A stretch of 64,000 bases of DNA from Nostoc sp. (GCA_036918135.1 JBALDB010000001.1:128001-192000), one strand, 5' to 3'; shown: positions 1 through 10,404, counted from the first letter of the stretch. Notes: a model not told the origin generated them from the letters alone. A program made the numbers and translations.

Positions 1-374
1 AATTTAACTTCTACTACAAAAAACAACTACCGTATAAATAAGTAACTTCTTTAATGGAGAATGAGTGTATTAAAGGTTGAAATTCAACTTTATTGTTCCA
101 AGATAAATAGTATGTTTACCAGTTGAACTTCAAATAATAAATACTAAAATTTTTATATGAAAATACTTTCAGATCTTTAAATAAATTTAATAAACGGATA
201 AAAAGTTAAAAAATAATAATAATTTAAACAAATGTAAGTTAATTATAGTACAAATGTAATTTACTCATAACCATTAACAATATTTAAACTGAATAATCAA
301 AATTATTGTCTAGTCTTATAACTATAATCAACTAAGTGTAAGTACTAGATATAAAAATTTATTGATATTAAAAT

Positions 375-461
375 TTGACAAAAATTAGTACTTTCACTAC
401 TAAACATACCCGACAAAATTTGTCGGGTATGTTTGACTGGTATTTTTGCTCGTGTTACTAT
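375..461 (+). promoter_or_regulatory. Tandem sigma70-type promoters flanking a 33-bp palindromic operator
   Basis: TTGACA(375-380)-17 bp-TACTAA(398-403) and TTGACT(433-438)-17 bp-TACTAT(456-461, preceded by TGT). Perfect 16-bp inverted repeat AAACATACCCGACAAA-A-TTTGTCGGGTATGTTT at 402-434. Confidence 0.7.
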
Positions 462-499
462 CAGGCGACAGTTGATGGACAGACAGGGAAAGCTAGTTT

Positions 500-1807
500 A
501 TGACTCAGGCAATCACAACCCAATCCCAAGTCAGTAATGCCACATTTTTTAAAGCCTTGAAGTGCAAGGAATGTGGTGCAGAATATGAACCCAAAGCCAG
601 CAATGTTTGTGAGTTATGCTTTGGGCCTTTGGAAGTCAAGTATGACTACGGCGCTCTACGTCAGACCGTCACTCGTAAAACAATTCAAGCTGGACCTAAT
701 TCAATTTGGCGCTACCGTCCATTTTTGCCTGTCGCAACTGATAATGTTATAGATGTGGGAACTGGTATGACTCCCTTGGTTCGTTCCCATCGTCTTGCCC
801 GCCGCCTGGGTCTAAACAAGCTTTATATTAAAAATGATGCCGTGAATATGCCCACCCTCAGCTTCAAGGATCGGGTGGTATCAGTCGCCCTAACTAGGGC
901 ACGAGAGTTGGGTTTTTCTACAGTTTCCTGCGCTAGCACTGGTAACTTGGCAAATTCTACAGCTGCGATCGCCGCTCATGCTGGTTTAGACTGCTGTGTA
1001 TTTATCCCCGCAGATTTGGAAGCTGGTAAAATTATTGGTAGTTTAATCTACAGTCCCACCCTGATGGCTGTTAAGGGCAACTACGATCAAGTAAATCGTC
1101 TCTGTTCGGAAGTTGCTAATACACATGGCTGGGGTTTTGTCAATATTAATTTGCGTCCCTACTACTCTGAAGGTTCCAAAACGCTAGGCTTTGAAGTTGC
1201 AGAACAATTAGGCTGGGAATTACCCGATCATATCGTCGCTCCTTTAGCTTCTGGTTCGCTGTTTACTAAAATTTATAAAGGTTTCCAGGAATTTGTAGAA
1301 GTTGGTTTGGTAGAAGGTAAGAACGTCCGTTTTAGCGGCGCTCAAGCTGAAGGTTGTTCGCCCATTGCCCAAGCATTCAAAGAAGGGCGCGACTTTATTA
1401 AGCCAGTGAAACCGAATACAATTGCCAAATCAATTGCGATCGGTAATCCAGCAGACGGCATTTATGCTGTGGATATAGCTCAGAAGACTGGTGGTAACAT
1501 TGAATCAGTTAACGATGCAGAAATTATTGATGGCATCAAGCTGCTAGCAGAAACCGAAGGCATCTTCACAGAAACAGCGGGTGGTACAACCGTCGCTGTG
1601 CTAAAAAAATTGGTAGAAGCTGGCAAGATCGACCCAGATGAAACTACCGTGGTTTACATTACTGGCAATGGACTCAAAACCCAAGAAGCAGTACAAGGCT
1701 ACATTGGCGAACCCTTGACTATTGATGCTAAACTCGATAGTTTTGAACGTGCCCTAGAGCGATCGCGTACTCTGGATCGCTTGGAATGGCAACAAGTCCT
1801 CGTTTAA
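500..1807 (+). CDS. Threonine synthase-like PLP fold-type II enzyme with N-terminal Zn-ribbon; possibly a sulfur-carrier-dependent O-phosphohomoserine sulfhydrylase
   Basis: PTLSFKDR PLP-lysine motif, CASTGN, ITGNGLK, N-terminal CKEC..CELC. Directly upstream of a MoaD/ThiS gene. Confidence 0.85.
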   Translation: MTQAITTQSQVSNATFFKALKCKECGAEYEPKASNVCELCFGPLEVKYDYGALRQTVTRKTIQAGPNSIWRYRPFLPVATDNVIDVGTGMTPLVRSHRLARRLGLNKLYIKNDAVNMPTLSFKDRVVSVALTRARELGFSTVSCASTGNLANSTAAIAAHAGLDCCVFIPADLEAGKIIGSLIYSPTLMAVKGNYDQVNRLCSEVANTHGWGFVNINLRPYYSEGSKTLGFEVAEQLGWELPDHIVAPLASGSLFTKIYKGFQEFVEVGLVEGKNVRFSGAQAEGCSPIAQAFKEGRDFIKPVKPNTIAKSIAIGNPADGIYAVDIAQKTGGNIESVNDAEIIDGIKLLAETEGIFTETAGGTTVAVLKKLVEAGKIDPDETTVVYITGNGLKTQEAVQGYIGEPLTIDAKLDSFERALERSRTLDRLEWQQVLV

Positions 1808-1885
1808 TCATTTTGTCATTAGTCATTTGCTAAAACCAAGGACAAAGGACAAATCCTTACTTTTCACTCTTAACTTTCTACTTCT

Positions 1886-2161
1886 ATGTCCGTAACAGTC
1901 TTAGTTCCTACAGCTCTTCAACAATTTACTAATAACCAAGCTAGTGTAGAATCCAGTGGCAGCACTATTGCTGAACTTGTGGATTCGTTAGAACAAAGCT
2001 TTCCTGGGTTCAAATCACGATTGTGTGATGACGAAGGAAAATTACGGCGGTTTGTAAATTTCTACCTGAACGACGAAGATATTCGCTTTTTAAAAGGTGC
2101 AGATACACACCTCAATGATGGCGATGAAGTCAGTATTGTCCCTGCTGTTGCTGGTGGTTAA
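1886..2161 (+). CDS. MoaD/ThiS/CysO-family ubiquitin-like sulfur carrier protein
   Basis: 91 aa, beta-grasp-like pattern ([28 protein letters not shown]), C-terminal Gly-Gly. Confidence 0.92.
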   Translation: MSVTVLVPTALQQFTNNQASVESSGSTIAELVDSLEQSFPGFKSRLCDDEGKLRRFVNFYLNDEDIRFLKGADTHLNDGDEVSIVPAVAGG

Positions 2162-2221
2162 TACTCAGAACACTAAATCAAGTAGAATCCAGACTAGACA
2201 AATCTTTGAGAGATTGCCTCG

Positions 2222-2243
2222 TTCCCAGTCGTTAGACTGGGAA
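2222..2243. repeat. REP-like hairpin, possible terminator of the thrC-like/moaD operon
   Basis: TTCCCAGTC-gtta-GACTGGGAA, perfect 9-bp stem. Confidence 0.55.
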
Positions 2244-2251
2244 TGATTGTG

Positions 2252-2276
2252 AAGGCAACTTCAAAAAATAAATTAT
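2252..2276 (+). repeat. Dispersed 25-bp repeat (other copies at 32286-32310 minus and 62777-62801 plus)
   Basis: AAGGCAACTTCAAAAAATAAATTAT; three near-identical copies in the window, each shortly after a stop codon. Confidence 0.75.
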
Positions 2277-2321
2277 ATTATGTGCGGTAAAAAACTTATT
2301 ATTTTGATTTAACTTGACTAA

Positions 2322-2687
2322 TTAAACAGCAATTATCTGAGCAAGTCTTTGTTGCCAAGATTCATTGTTATCAACAGTTAAGATAATCCGTTTATAAGAT
2401 TCATCTAGCAGTTCAATGTTTAAATAATTCGTCTCTCGATTCACATACCAAAACTCTCTACCCCTGTTAGTGTAATAAGTTCCAGCCTTAACCACTTTAG
2501 GAATAAAGCTACCAGGGGCACGTAATTCTCGCCAATTACTTTGAGGTTCGGCTATCGTAACTTGTTTAATATGCGCCAATGGTATTTGCCAAAGTTTATT
2601 CAAGCGAACTGCTAGCAGTTGCTCTTTGAGCATAAATTCTATCTGTAATTTATCATCAATTATACTTAGGTTCACAATCGATTTCAT
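2322..2687 (-). CDS. Hypothetical protein, possible bacterial PH-like fold
   Basis: 121-aa ORF with LRAPGS..KAGTYY..REFW..Y.RIILTV pattern. Confidence 0.7.
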   Translation of the reverse strand: MKSIVNLSIIDDKLQIEFMLKEQLLAVRLNKLWQIPLAHIKQVTIAEPQSNWRELRAPGSFIPKVVKAGTYYTNRGREFWYVNRETNYLNIELLDESYKRIILTVDNNESWQQRLAQIIAV

Positions 2688-3158
2688 TATCAGTAATTTT
2701 TATCTAGTATTACTCACAAAAGTTACACTATAACTAGTATTTATTAGATGTTAACAAATTCAAACTTATTAAGTAATGTTATATAAATACTGTGTTGCAT
2801 TATTGTTGTTAAGAAAACACTACAAAAAATACCAAATACTTGTCAATTTTTTGAGAAGAACATTTTGGCGATCGCAAGTATTCAACATTATTAAAAATAA
2901 GTATTAATCAAAATATTTTATCTAGATTATAACAAATAACTTAATAACAATATTCAAACATATTTTTTATTTTATAACTAGATTTTTAAGTAGCTACTAA
3001 TTTGTGTTTACAGTCAAATTTATAATAAATAAAAATATTCAAAATTAAGGTAAATTCATACTTATTTATGATTGGTGACTATTTGGCAATTTGGCATTTT
3101 ATAATTCTGGGATTTTGATATATTGTAGAAATTACCAAGATGTTTTTACTTGTTATAC

Positions 3159-3192
3159 AAAGCACGTGCTGGGCTAAAGCACGTGCTTTTTA
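3159..3192 (+). terminator. Intrinsic terminator-like hairpin without an annotated upstream gene
   Basis: AAAGCACGTGCT-gggctaa-AGCACGTGCTTT followed by a T-run. Confidence 0.55.
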
Positions 3193-3365
3193 TTGCTATT
3201 TGTTTGGTATTTTGGCATTATATGATAATTTATTTATATACTAATTTAATATATTTAAATTATTATTTTTAGAGTTGATGTTATTCACTAGCCTTTTTAT
3301 ATATTGAATTTTATTTATGCTATTTTTTCTCTAGTCCGAGGTGTACTATCACTTTCAAGCTATTT

Positions 3366-3395
3366 GACGGGATAAATCATCCCGTCTTTTATTTT
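3366..3395 (+). terminator. Intrinsic terminator-like hairpin without an annotated upstream gene
   Basis: GACGGGAT-aaatc-ATCCCGTC-TTTTATTTT. Confidence 0.6.
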
Positions 3396-3423
3396 GGCTG
3401 GTAGTTGTAAACAGGAATCTTGA

Positions 3424-3574
3424 GAGGATATTTGTAAAATATTAGCTTGTATAGAAATTCTTTTTAATTAGTCTCAGAAAGATATGATTGTAACTTTAAA
3501 ATTCACCTATCTGAAGGAGGATTTAAGGTATTTAAAAAGTGTTTAATAGAACACAAAGCTTTTAAAATATCCTC
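3424..3574. mobile_element. Degenerate MITE, same family as 32075-32193
   Basis: Imperfect terminal inverted repeats GAGGATATTT...AAATATCCTC, no ORF inside. Confidence 0.55.
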
Positions 3575-4043
3575 ATAGTTTCTAAATTTTTCTGCTATAG
3601 CCTTTATGCTATGGCAGAAAAATATTCTGTTTCAAGTATTCAGTGATACTCAAGCAGTTTTTTATCAGGTTTGAGGAGATTTGCACACTTCCTATAGGAA
3701 GATGCCTGATGAATATAATATTGAGTAAATTAATTCGGGATGTTGTTATGCACTGGATTTATATTGAGGTTTGGTTTACTACCAAACCTTTTTTATATCT
3801 TCTAAAAATAGGATATAGAGTACGGGGGAGCCAATCTAGTGTTGGCGTTTCTTAAAGTCAAGGAACTGGTCTATCTCATTGAGTAGAGTTAGCGTCATGG
3901 AGTATTGGAAAATATCTAAAAATTTATATTATCTAAAATTTTATTTACCTTGAAAAAGATAAACTTAAAATATTAAATTTGGGTATCAAAGTCTTGATAA
4001 TTCTCAATTCTGAATCCAGAATTTACAATTTTAATTTTTTAGA

Positions 4044-5762
4044 CTAAAAACTAAAAGTACTCCGCAAAATACCAATTGTAACTGAGTCACTATCTGGTGT
4101 ATGACCAGGTTGAAAAATCTGAATAATACCTGGTGTAATGCTAATATTATCATTTATTTGGAAGCGATAAAATGCTTCAATTTGGGTAGTTGTCCCTGGT
4201 TGTCCTCCTGCACGTCCTAAACCAGTATTGATAAAATCAGGGACATTATTCCCTATGGGTAAATTACTACTAGTAATTTTCGGAGGTTGTCCGATATAAA
4301 TTCCGCCCAAATTACCCTTGGCAAATAAATCGGGGAAATTCAAAAATACCATATAATTTGTTGTTTCAACATTTCCTGATTGCCCAGGAATATAAGATTT
4401 AGTATAACCACCCCATGCACCCACACTGATACTCTTTGAAATTTGCCAAGTTGCGGTTGCACCTACAGCATTAGTTTGTAAGGGTGCTGATTTTCCAGTA
4501 GTGCTATTAATTGCAGTTAAGCACTCATCGCCAACAAAGGTTAGTAAACAACCATCTGATGAATAATTATTAACGTAATATAAACTTAAATCTACAGTAT
4601 CAGTTGGTGTCAACAACAGTTGTACACCTGTAGTGGTATTTCCATCAAATAAACCGCTACCTTTACTCGGATTTCCTGGTTGATAACTAGTATAAATTGC
4701 CTGCAAACTAGCGCGTTTAGTAAATTGCCAATCAATAGCAATACCACCGTGACCGTATCCCATGTTTAAAATCGGGTTTCTTTGAGCAAAATAAGATAGT
4801 GGCCCTGTTGCAGCACTTTCTACCCGATTTGGCCCTCGGAAAGCAGTTGGCATACTTACGCCTTCTGTTCCCACCATCACTGCTAATTTATCTGTTACCA
4901 GCCAATGAAAATTGAGGTCACTAATAATCAAATTATCTGTAGGAAATTCGTAGCCAAGTAAAACATCATTCCGAGAAACGCTATTAGTAAATCTTGGTGC
5001 ACTAGTGCCCTTACCATCTAACAGACCTGTGAATAAGTAACTACGAGGAGTAATTTGACTAGTTAAATACAACTGCGCCAAGGAAATAACGTCAATATTT
5101 GTTCCACCATCATCTGTATCTTTTTGCCCATCTCTAGGATTAACATCACCACGATTACTAGTCCGTCCTTGAAGCCCAACTATCAATAGTCCACTGAGTT
5201 TAGTTGTTGTTGAAAATTGGTTGGCTTGGATTTCAGCAGTTTTAGCTTCTAAACTATCAACACGACCTTGTAAACTCGCTAATTCAACTGCAAATTCTGA
5301 CTGCAACCTTTGTAATTTTATTAAATCTTCACGCCTAACTAAATCACTGGTAGCTGTAGCAATTAACTCGTTGATTCTATCTAAACAAGCATTCACACCA
5401 GCAGCAAATTCATACCGAGTTAAGGCGCGATTACCGCGATAGTTGCTATCTGGATAACCAGCTATGCAACCATAGCGTTCTACTAAAGACTGCAATGCAG
5501 CGAATGCCCAATCATTAGGTTGTACGTCTTTCAGTTGGGACACCGATGTGACTTGTGCCATCGGATCTACTGTTAGGAGGGATGAAGGGACACTATCGCT
5601 CTCAATTCCTGAGTTCGGAATTTTGAATTCTGGATTCTGAGTAGTTCCTGTATCTGTGGGAATAGCGATCGCTTTTTCTACATCTATGTTGACTCCCGCA
5701 ACAAGTAACAATGCGAGCATCCAGATTTTGGTATGGCTGCGGCTAATAAGTCTACCTTTCAA
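4044..5762 (-). CDS. SLH-domain outer-membrane porin (cyanobacterial SomA/OprB, iron-uptake porin family)
   Basis: Signal peptide, QVTSVSQLKDVQPNDWAF..LVERYGCIAGYPD SLH domain, coiled coil, FSTTTKL, C-terminal RSTFSF. Confidence 0.93.
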   Translation of the reverse strand: MKGRLISRSHTKIWMLALLLVAGVNIDVEKAIAIPTDTGTTQNPEFKIPNSGIESDSVPSSLLTVDPMAQVTSVSQLKDVQPNDWAFAALQSLVERYGCIAGYPDSNYRGNRALTRYEFAAGVNACLDRINELIATATSDLVRREDLIKLQRLQSEFAVELASLQGRVDSLEAKTAEIQANQFSTTTKLSGLLIVGLQGRTSNRGDVNPRDGQKDTDDGGTNIDVISLAQLYLTSQITPRSYLFTGLLDGKGTSAPRFTNSVSRNDVLLGYEFPTDNLIISDLNFHWLVTDKLAVMVGTEGVSMPTAFRGPNRVESAATGPLSYFAQRNPILNMGYGHGGIAIDWQFTKRASLQAIYTSYQPGNPSKGSGLFDGNTTTGVQLLLTPTDTVDLSLYYVNNYSSDGCLLTFVGDECLTAINSTTGKSAPLQTNAVGATATWQISKSISVGAWGGYTKSYIPGQSGNVETTNYMVFLNFPDLFAKGNLGGIYIGQPPKITSSNLPIGNNVPDFINTGLGRAGGQPGTTTQIEAFYRFQINDNISITPGIIQIFQPGHTPDSDSVTIGILRSTFSF

Positions 5763-5975
5763 TTTTTTATACTCTGCTCACATACTTAAGTGAAGAGTGT
5801 ATTCGCGATTGTTTAACACTTACATGAGTAAATTTACGGAATTTGTACAAAATTAGACATTATTGTTCTGGGCAACTTCACAAAGGGGAAGTATAACTGG
5901 GGAGTAGAGATTGGGGACTAGAAAAATTTCTTACCAATCCTCAGTCTCCAATATTTAATCCCCAATCCCTCACAG

Positions 5976-8324
5976 ATGGCAAACCGCTCGCGCAAGTTGA
6001 CGCCAAAAACTTCTAAACTAAATCAACCTCGTACTAGTGCGGCCAAACGCCTCGTTAAAAAACCGCCTCAAAATCCAAAACGGGGAAGTTGGTTGTCGTC
6101 AATGCTAGCGATCGCAATTCTCTTGAGTAGTACTAGTTTAGTTATAGCTTTTGCCTGGATCAGTATTCTCTTCATCTTCAATCCAGACCAAGTAAGCTGG
6201 CTAAATAAAATTTTACCTACATGGGCACAAATTCCCCTCGGTAACCACGAACGCCCCCAAACCCTCAAACAAATTGAACTTGATTTAAGTAAAAAAAAGC
6301 TTATAGTCGAGCAAATTCTGCCTTTGTATCAGGGTACGAAAAACTCGTTTTTTATGCCAGTTTTTCAGCGGCGTGCTAATTGTGAATTTGATTGTCAAAA
6401 ACTTGTTGAAATTAGGGTTTATCAACGCTCACAAGAGTTAGAGTTTAAGTCTGAGCCAGAAGATTACTATTATTTAGAAACTCAATTATCAATAACTGGG
6501 CTAGAAGAATCCTTTGTAATTTCTAACTTGGTTGATGCAGCATTAGAACCCCAGGATATCAGTATTCCCCTACCTTTAACTGAAGTACAACGGTTTGACG
6601 ACAAGACGCCATCACCAGGGGTTTGGTTTAATTTACGGGGAGAACGCCAACAAGGAACTAGTGCCATCGCTTACGGTCAGATCGTATACTACAATCCAGA
6701 ACGCAGCAATTTACAACAGATGTTGGCTTGGGCAAGTCCTAGCGGTCAATTACCCAAATGGCAGCAAGTGACTGGCGATCCTACAAAAGAGTTAGTTGTC
6801 GATCGAACTGTAGGTTTGGAACCACACTTGCAGGTTTACCAAGTCAAGCCTCTGAGGTTATTCCTTAAACCAATTCAGTTAGAGGCAATTAGCCTCGAAT
6901 CACCAGTCCTCAAAGATTCTGGATACCAAAATGCGTTGTCAATTGCCCGTAGCGGATTGTGGACGCCAGCTTTTGAATGGTTGAAATTTATCAAAAAACA
7001 GCGTAAAGGATTACCAGAGGCGGCGCAAGCCCAAATGGATCTCATTCGCTTGCACTCCCAACTGACTAAATCCCAAGCTGAGAAAAGTTGGGCAAGTCCT
7101 AGCGAACAAGTACTGGCAGATTTAATTGATGGGCGCTGGGAGAAAGCTTTACAGGTGTTTGAAGGGTCGGCACATAATGTCCAAGAAATTACTACCCTGC
7201 TAAAAGCTGATGAAAAACGCTTGTGGAATCGGACAGTAGCAGCGTTGCGAGTGAATCCAAATAGACCAGAGGTGCAAGCTTGGTTTGCCTTGATTTTAGC
7301 AGTTCAACAGGGGCAAGAAGCTGCTGATTCATGGTTGAAGGCGCAACCACAAATTCCTAAAGATAGTCTTGCTTATATTCAAGGTCTGTTAACCAAACTC
7401 AATGGTGAGGCTACCAAGTCGCAATCTCACCTTAGTCAGATTGTTGGTACAGTGCAACCAATCGCTCAAGTTACTAATAGCGAATGGCTACAACCAAATT
7501 CTCCAGCAGACTTGAAACTTACAGATAACGAAGTTTGGTATCAGATACAAGTGAGTGCATTTTCTGACGGGAAACGCTGGCTAAATTTCCCTTTTGAGAA
7601 TTTGAACCCACCCAAAACTTCCGCCGCAAAATTTTTCTGGGAAACTTTGGGAATTAATTCTGACCCCCAAATGCAGATAGTGGTTTGGCTACCAAACGGA
7701 CAACAGCAAATTACTATAGCTACTATCAAAGCGGTGCAACTACGGGATAAAGTCTTGCGCCTACTAGTTGCTGCACCAAAAATTCTAGAGAATCAAAACA
7801 ATGTTCTCCAACCCAAACCCTTAGCCCTGACAAATTCAGCACTGGAATGGGTGCAACCATCTCCCATTACTCTTCGAGAACTATATGCACAAAATCCGTC
7901 AGCGGTCAAGGTAATAGTATCAAATGTGTGGGAATCTTTACAGAAGTCTGGCGAGGTTCCGCCTGCTGCTATTCCTAGCTTTGAACAAATGCAAGAAAAG
8001 TCAGGTGATTGGCCTGTTCAAGCTATTGATTTAACAAACAACGGTAAGCCGGAGATAGTACTGACAATTTCAGGAACAACGATCGCATCCTTGAATCAGC
8101 CCCAAGCTGGAATTGCCAAGAAAAACACAAATCAATCTCCTGACCGCACTATCATTTTGTCCGATGGCAATGAAGTGATTTACACAGATTTTCAAAAAAA
8201 TTCCTCTCAAAGATTATCTGCGATCGCCAAGCTTTCAGGCGTGCCATCCTTAGCTTTACTAGTAGAAAATGCTGATAAATATAGCCTCAAGCGCTGGTCA
8301 GAGAAAAATCAGCGCTTTGAATAG
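5976..8324 (+). CDS. Hypothetical membrane-anchored protein
   Basis: 782-aa ORF with a basic N-terminus, one hydrophobic segment and a DLTNNGKPEI VCBS-like motif near the C-terminus. Confidence 0.8.
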   Translation: MANRSRKLTPKTSKLNQPRTSAAKRLVKKPPQNPKRGSWLSSMLAIAILLSSTSLVIAFAWISILFIFNPDQVSWLNKILPTWAQIPLGNHERPQTLKQIELDLSKKKLIVEQILPLYQGTKNSFFMPVFQRRANCEFDCQKLVEIRVYQRSQELEFKSEPEDYYYLETQLSITGLEESFVISNLVDAALEPQDISIPLPLTEVQRFDDKTPSPGVWFNLRGERQQGTSAIAYGQIVYYNPERSNLQQMLAWASPSGQLPKWQQVTGDPTKELVVDRTVGLEPHLQVYQVKPLRLFLKPIQLEAISLESPVLKDSGYQNALSIARSGLWTPAFEWLKFIKKQRKGLPEAAQAQMDLIRLHSQLTKSQAEKSWASPSEQVLADLIDGRWEKALQVFEGSAHNVQEITTLLKADEKRLWNRTVAALRVNPNRPEVQAWFALILAVQQGQEAADSWLKAQPQIPKDSLAYIQGLLTKLNGEATKSQSHLSQIVGTVQPIAQVTNSEWLQPNSPADLKLTDNEVWYQIQVSAFSDGKRWLNFPFENLNPPKTSAAKFFWETLGINSDPQMQIVVWLPNGQQQITIATIKAVQLRDKVLRLLVAAPKILENQNNVLQPKPLALTNSALEWVQPSPITLRELYAQNPSAVKVIVSNVWESLQKSGEVPPAAIPSFEQMQEKSGDWPVQAIDLTNNGKPEIVLTISGTTIASLNQPQAGIAKKNTNQSPDRTIILSDGNEVIYTDFQKNSSQRLSAIAKLSGVPSLALLVENADKYSLKRWSEKNQRFE

Positions 8325-8360
8325 CACGCACTTACTAAAATTTAGCCCAAAGGCTTGCTG

Positions 8361-8389
8361 GCGTTGGCGTAGCCCGTCGTAGACATCGC
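8361..8389. repeat. SDR5-like 21-nt element inserted in a HIP1 site
   Basis: GCG + TTGGCGTAGCCCGTCGTAGAC (21 nt) + ATCGC; removing the insert restores GCGATCGC. Confidence 0.75.
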
Positions 8390-8405
8390 CATCTAAAATC
8401 CTAAC

Positions 8406-8597
8406 TTATTCTTTTTCGCCAGTTGCAGCTAAACGTTGGTGGTTCAGGTTTTCCAACTGTTGCAAGAGTGAGTCTACCTCTGCTTGTAAATGCATAAATT
8501 TAGCTTGCTGATCGTCTTGATAATAAGACTTGGTTAACTTACTAACTAAGCTAGTTTGGGACTCGCGATCGGAAACACTGGATAAACAAGTAGGCAT
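8406..8597 (-). CDS. Small hypothetical coiled-coil protein
   Basis: 63-aa ATG ORF in an otherwise empty interval; heptad HLQAEVDSLLQQLENL. Confidence 0.6.
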   Translation of the reverse strand: MPTCLSSVSDRESQTSLVSKLTKSYYQDDQQAKFMHLQAEVDSLLQQLENLNHQRLAATGEKE

Positions 8598-9117
8598 CTT
8601 TAATTAAATCCGCTTTCTTAAACTCACACCATTAGAAATATTATAATAAGCCTATTTTAAGATTTATTAAAATATTATGAATTTTAAATCATATAGTCTA
8701 ATAGGTTTGAGGTTCTATAATAACAGACGGTGATGGTAATGGCTGTGTTCCAACACAAGAGGTAGAGGGGCAGAGGTCTATCGCAACCCCTAGGGCTCTA
8801 AGCAGGGCTTCAGGTGCAGAAGGCAATAATTAATTAATTGATGCCTAATGACAAACTCTCCACTCGTTATGATAGACTTACATCCTAATTGACACTCCCC
8901 GGTGTAGCAACAAAACAAAACTTCACTTAGGTGTAAACGCCTTAAACCATTTTCATACCTACCGTAAACGCACAAGGTTTTCAAAGAGTATTCTTATAAA
9001 ATAAAAATGGCAAGTGGGACGCCTTGCACCACAAAAAATAATATTCTGAATAATATGTTGGAATTAAAGGGCTGAGAACTTGGAAGTGGATATTGGAAAC
9101 TGCAAAATAACCAATTT

Positions 9118-9159
9118 CCTAGTCCCTAGTCGCTAGTCCCTAATCCCTAATCCGTAATT
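9118..9159. repeat. STRR-type heptamer tandem repeat
   Basis: CCTAGTC/CCTAATC variants, about 6 copies. Confidence 0.8.
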
Positions 9160-9176
9160 AAAGAATTTTAAATCCT

Positions 9177-10268
9177 GTGACTTTGAGCCTGTCTGCTGCT
9201 AAATCTCATCGCCAACCTTGGCCCGGACTGATAGAAGCCTATCGCCAATACTTGCCTGTCAGCGAAACAACCCCGGTTGTCACTCTGTTGGAGGGTAATA
9301 CACCCCTAATACCAGTGCCAGCGATCGCAGAACGTATTGGCAGACAAGTACGTGTATTTGTCAAATACGACGGTCTTAATCCCACTGGCAGTTTCAAAGA
9401 CCGAGGGATGACTATGGCAATTTCCAAGGCGAAGGAAGCAGGGGCAAAAGCAGTTATTTGTGCCAGCACTGGCAACACCTCTGCTGCCGCCGCCGCTTAT
9501 GCTACGCGTGGCGGGATGAGTGCTTTTGTGCTGATTCCCGATGGCTATGTAGCATTAGGTAAGTTAGCCCAAGCTTTAGTCTACGGGGCAGAAGTATTAG
9601 CAATTAAAGGAAATTTTGACCAAGCTTTAGAAATTGTCCGCGAGATGGCCGAAAGCTATCCTGTGACTTTGGTGAATTCGGTTAATCCCTATCGCTTGGA
9701 AGGACAAAAAACAGCAGCCTTTGAAATCGTCGATGTGCTAGGTGATGCCCCAGATTGGCTATGCATTCCGGTGGGAAATGCGGGGAATATCACAGCATAT
9801 TGGATGGGATTTTGTCAATATCATCAAGCGGGAAAATGCGATCGCCTACCCAAGATGATGGGATTCCAAGCCGCAGGTGCAGCCCCTTTAGTACACGGCC
9901 AGCCAGTGGCGCATCCGGAAACCATCGCCACAGCAATTCGCATTGGTAACCCTGCTAGTTGGGAATTGGCGATCGCTGCCCAATCTGCCAGTCAGGGAAG
10001 TTTCCACGCCGTTACCGATGCAGAGATTTTGGACGCTTATCGACTTTTGGCAGCATCAGAAGGCGTCTTCTGCGAACCTGCTAGCGCGGCTTCTGTAGCT
10101 GGCTTGCTACAGGTGAAAGACCAAATTCCCACGGGAGCAACAGTGGTCTGCGTCCTCACAGGCAATGGTTTAAAAGACCCAGATACAGCCATTAAGCACA
10201 ATCAAAGTCAATTTAAACAGGGTATTGCAGCAGAACTCAAAGCAGTAGCCGAGGCAATGGGATTTTAG
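9177..10268 (+). CDS. thrC: Threonine synthase
   Basis: [46 protein letters not shown] motifs. Confidence 0.93.
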   Translation: MTLSLSAAKSHRQPWPGLIEAYRQYLPVSETTPVVTLLEGNTPLIPVPAIAERIGRQVRVFVKYDGLNPTGSFKDRGMTMAISKAKEAGAKAVICASTGNTSAAAAAYATRGGMSAFVLIPDGYVALGKLAQALVYGAEVLAIKGNFDQALEIVREMAESYPVTLVNSVNPYRLEGQKTAAFEIVDVLGDAPDWLCIPVGNAGNITAYWMGFCQYHQAGKCDRLPKMMGFQAAGAAPLVHGQPVAHPETIATAIRIGNPASWELAIAAQSASQGSFHAVTDAEILDAYRLLAASEGVFCEPASAASVAGLLQVKDQIPTGATVVCVLTGNGLKDPDTAIKHNQSQFKQGIAAELKAVAEAMGF

Positions 10269-10285
10269 AACTCACCAAACTTCTG

Positions 10286-10389
10286 ATATCATGTCCGCCT
10301 AATCACTTTATTATTAAAATTTCTCTGCGTAAGAGCGTCTTTACGTAAGAGCGTCAGCCTAAATGATAAGTCTTTAAAGGACATGATAT
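10286..10389. mobile_element. MITE-like element
   Basis: Perfect 11-bp terminal inverted repeats ATATCATGTCC/GGACATGATAT; internal CGTAAGAGCGTC duplication. Confidence 0.6.
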
Positions 10390-10404
10390 GAGAGCTAATC
10401 GCGA

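Noticed and set aside
3643..3855. 70-aa ORF
   Set aside because: No recognisable motif, AT-rich, and ends in repeat-derived sequence.
3823..3900. GC-rich patch resembling a riboswitch
   Set aside because: No recognisable aptamer core and not 5' of a gene; looks like a decayed copy of a Nostoc dispersed repeat.
8755..8830. AGGTAGAGGGGC resembling the start of a lysine riboswitch upstream of thrC
   Set aside because: The remaining conserved riboswitch elements could not be found; similar purine-rich strings are common repeat debris in these genomes.
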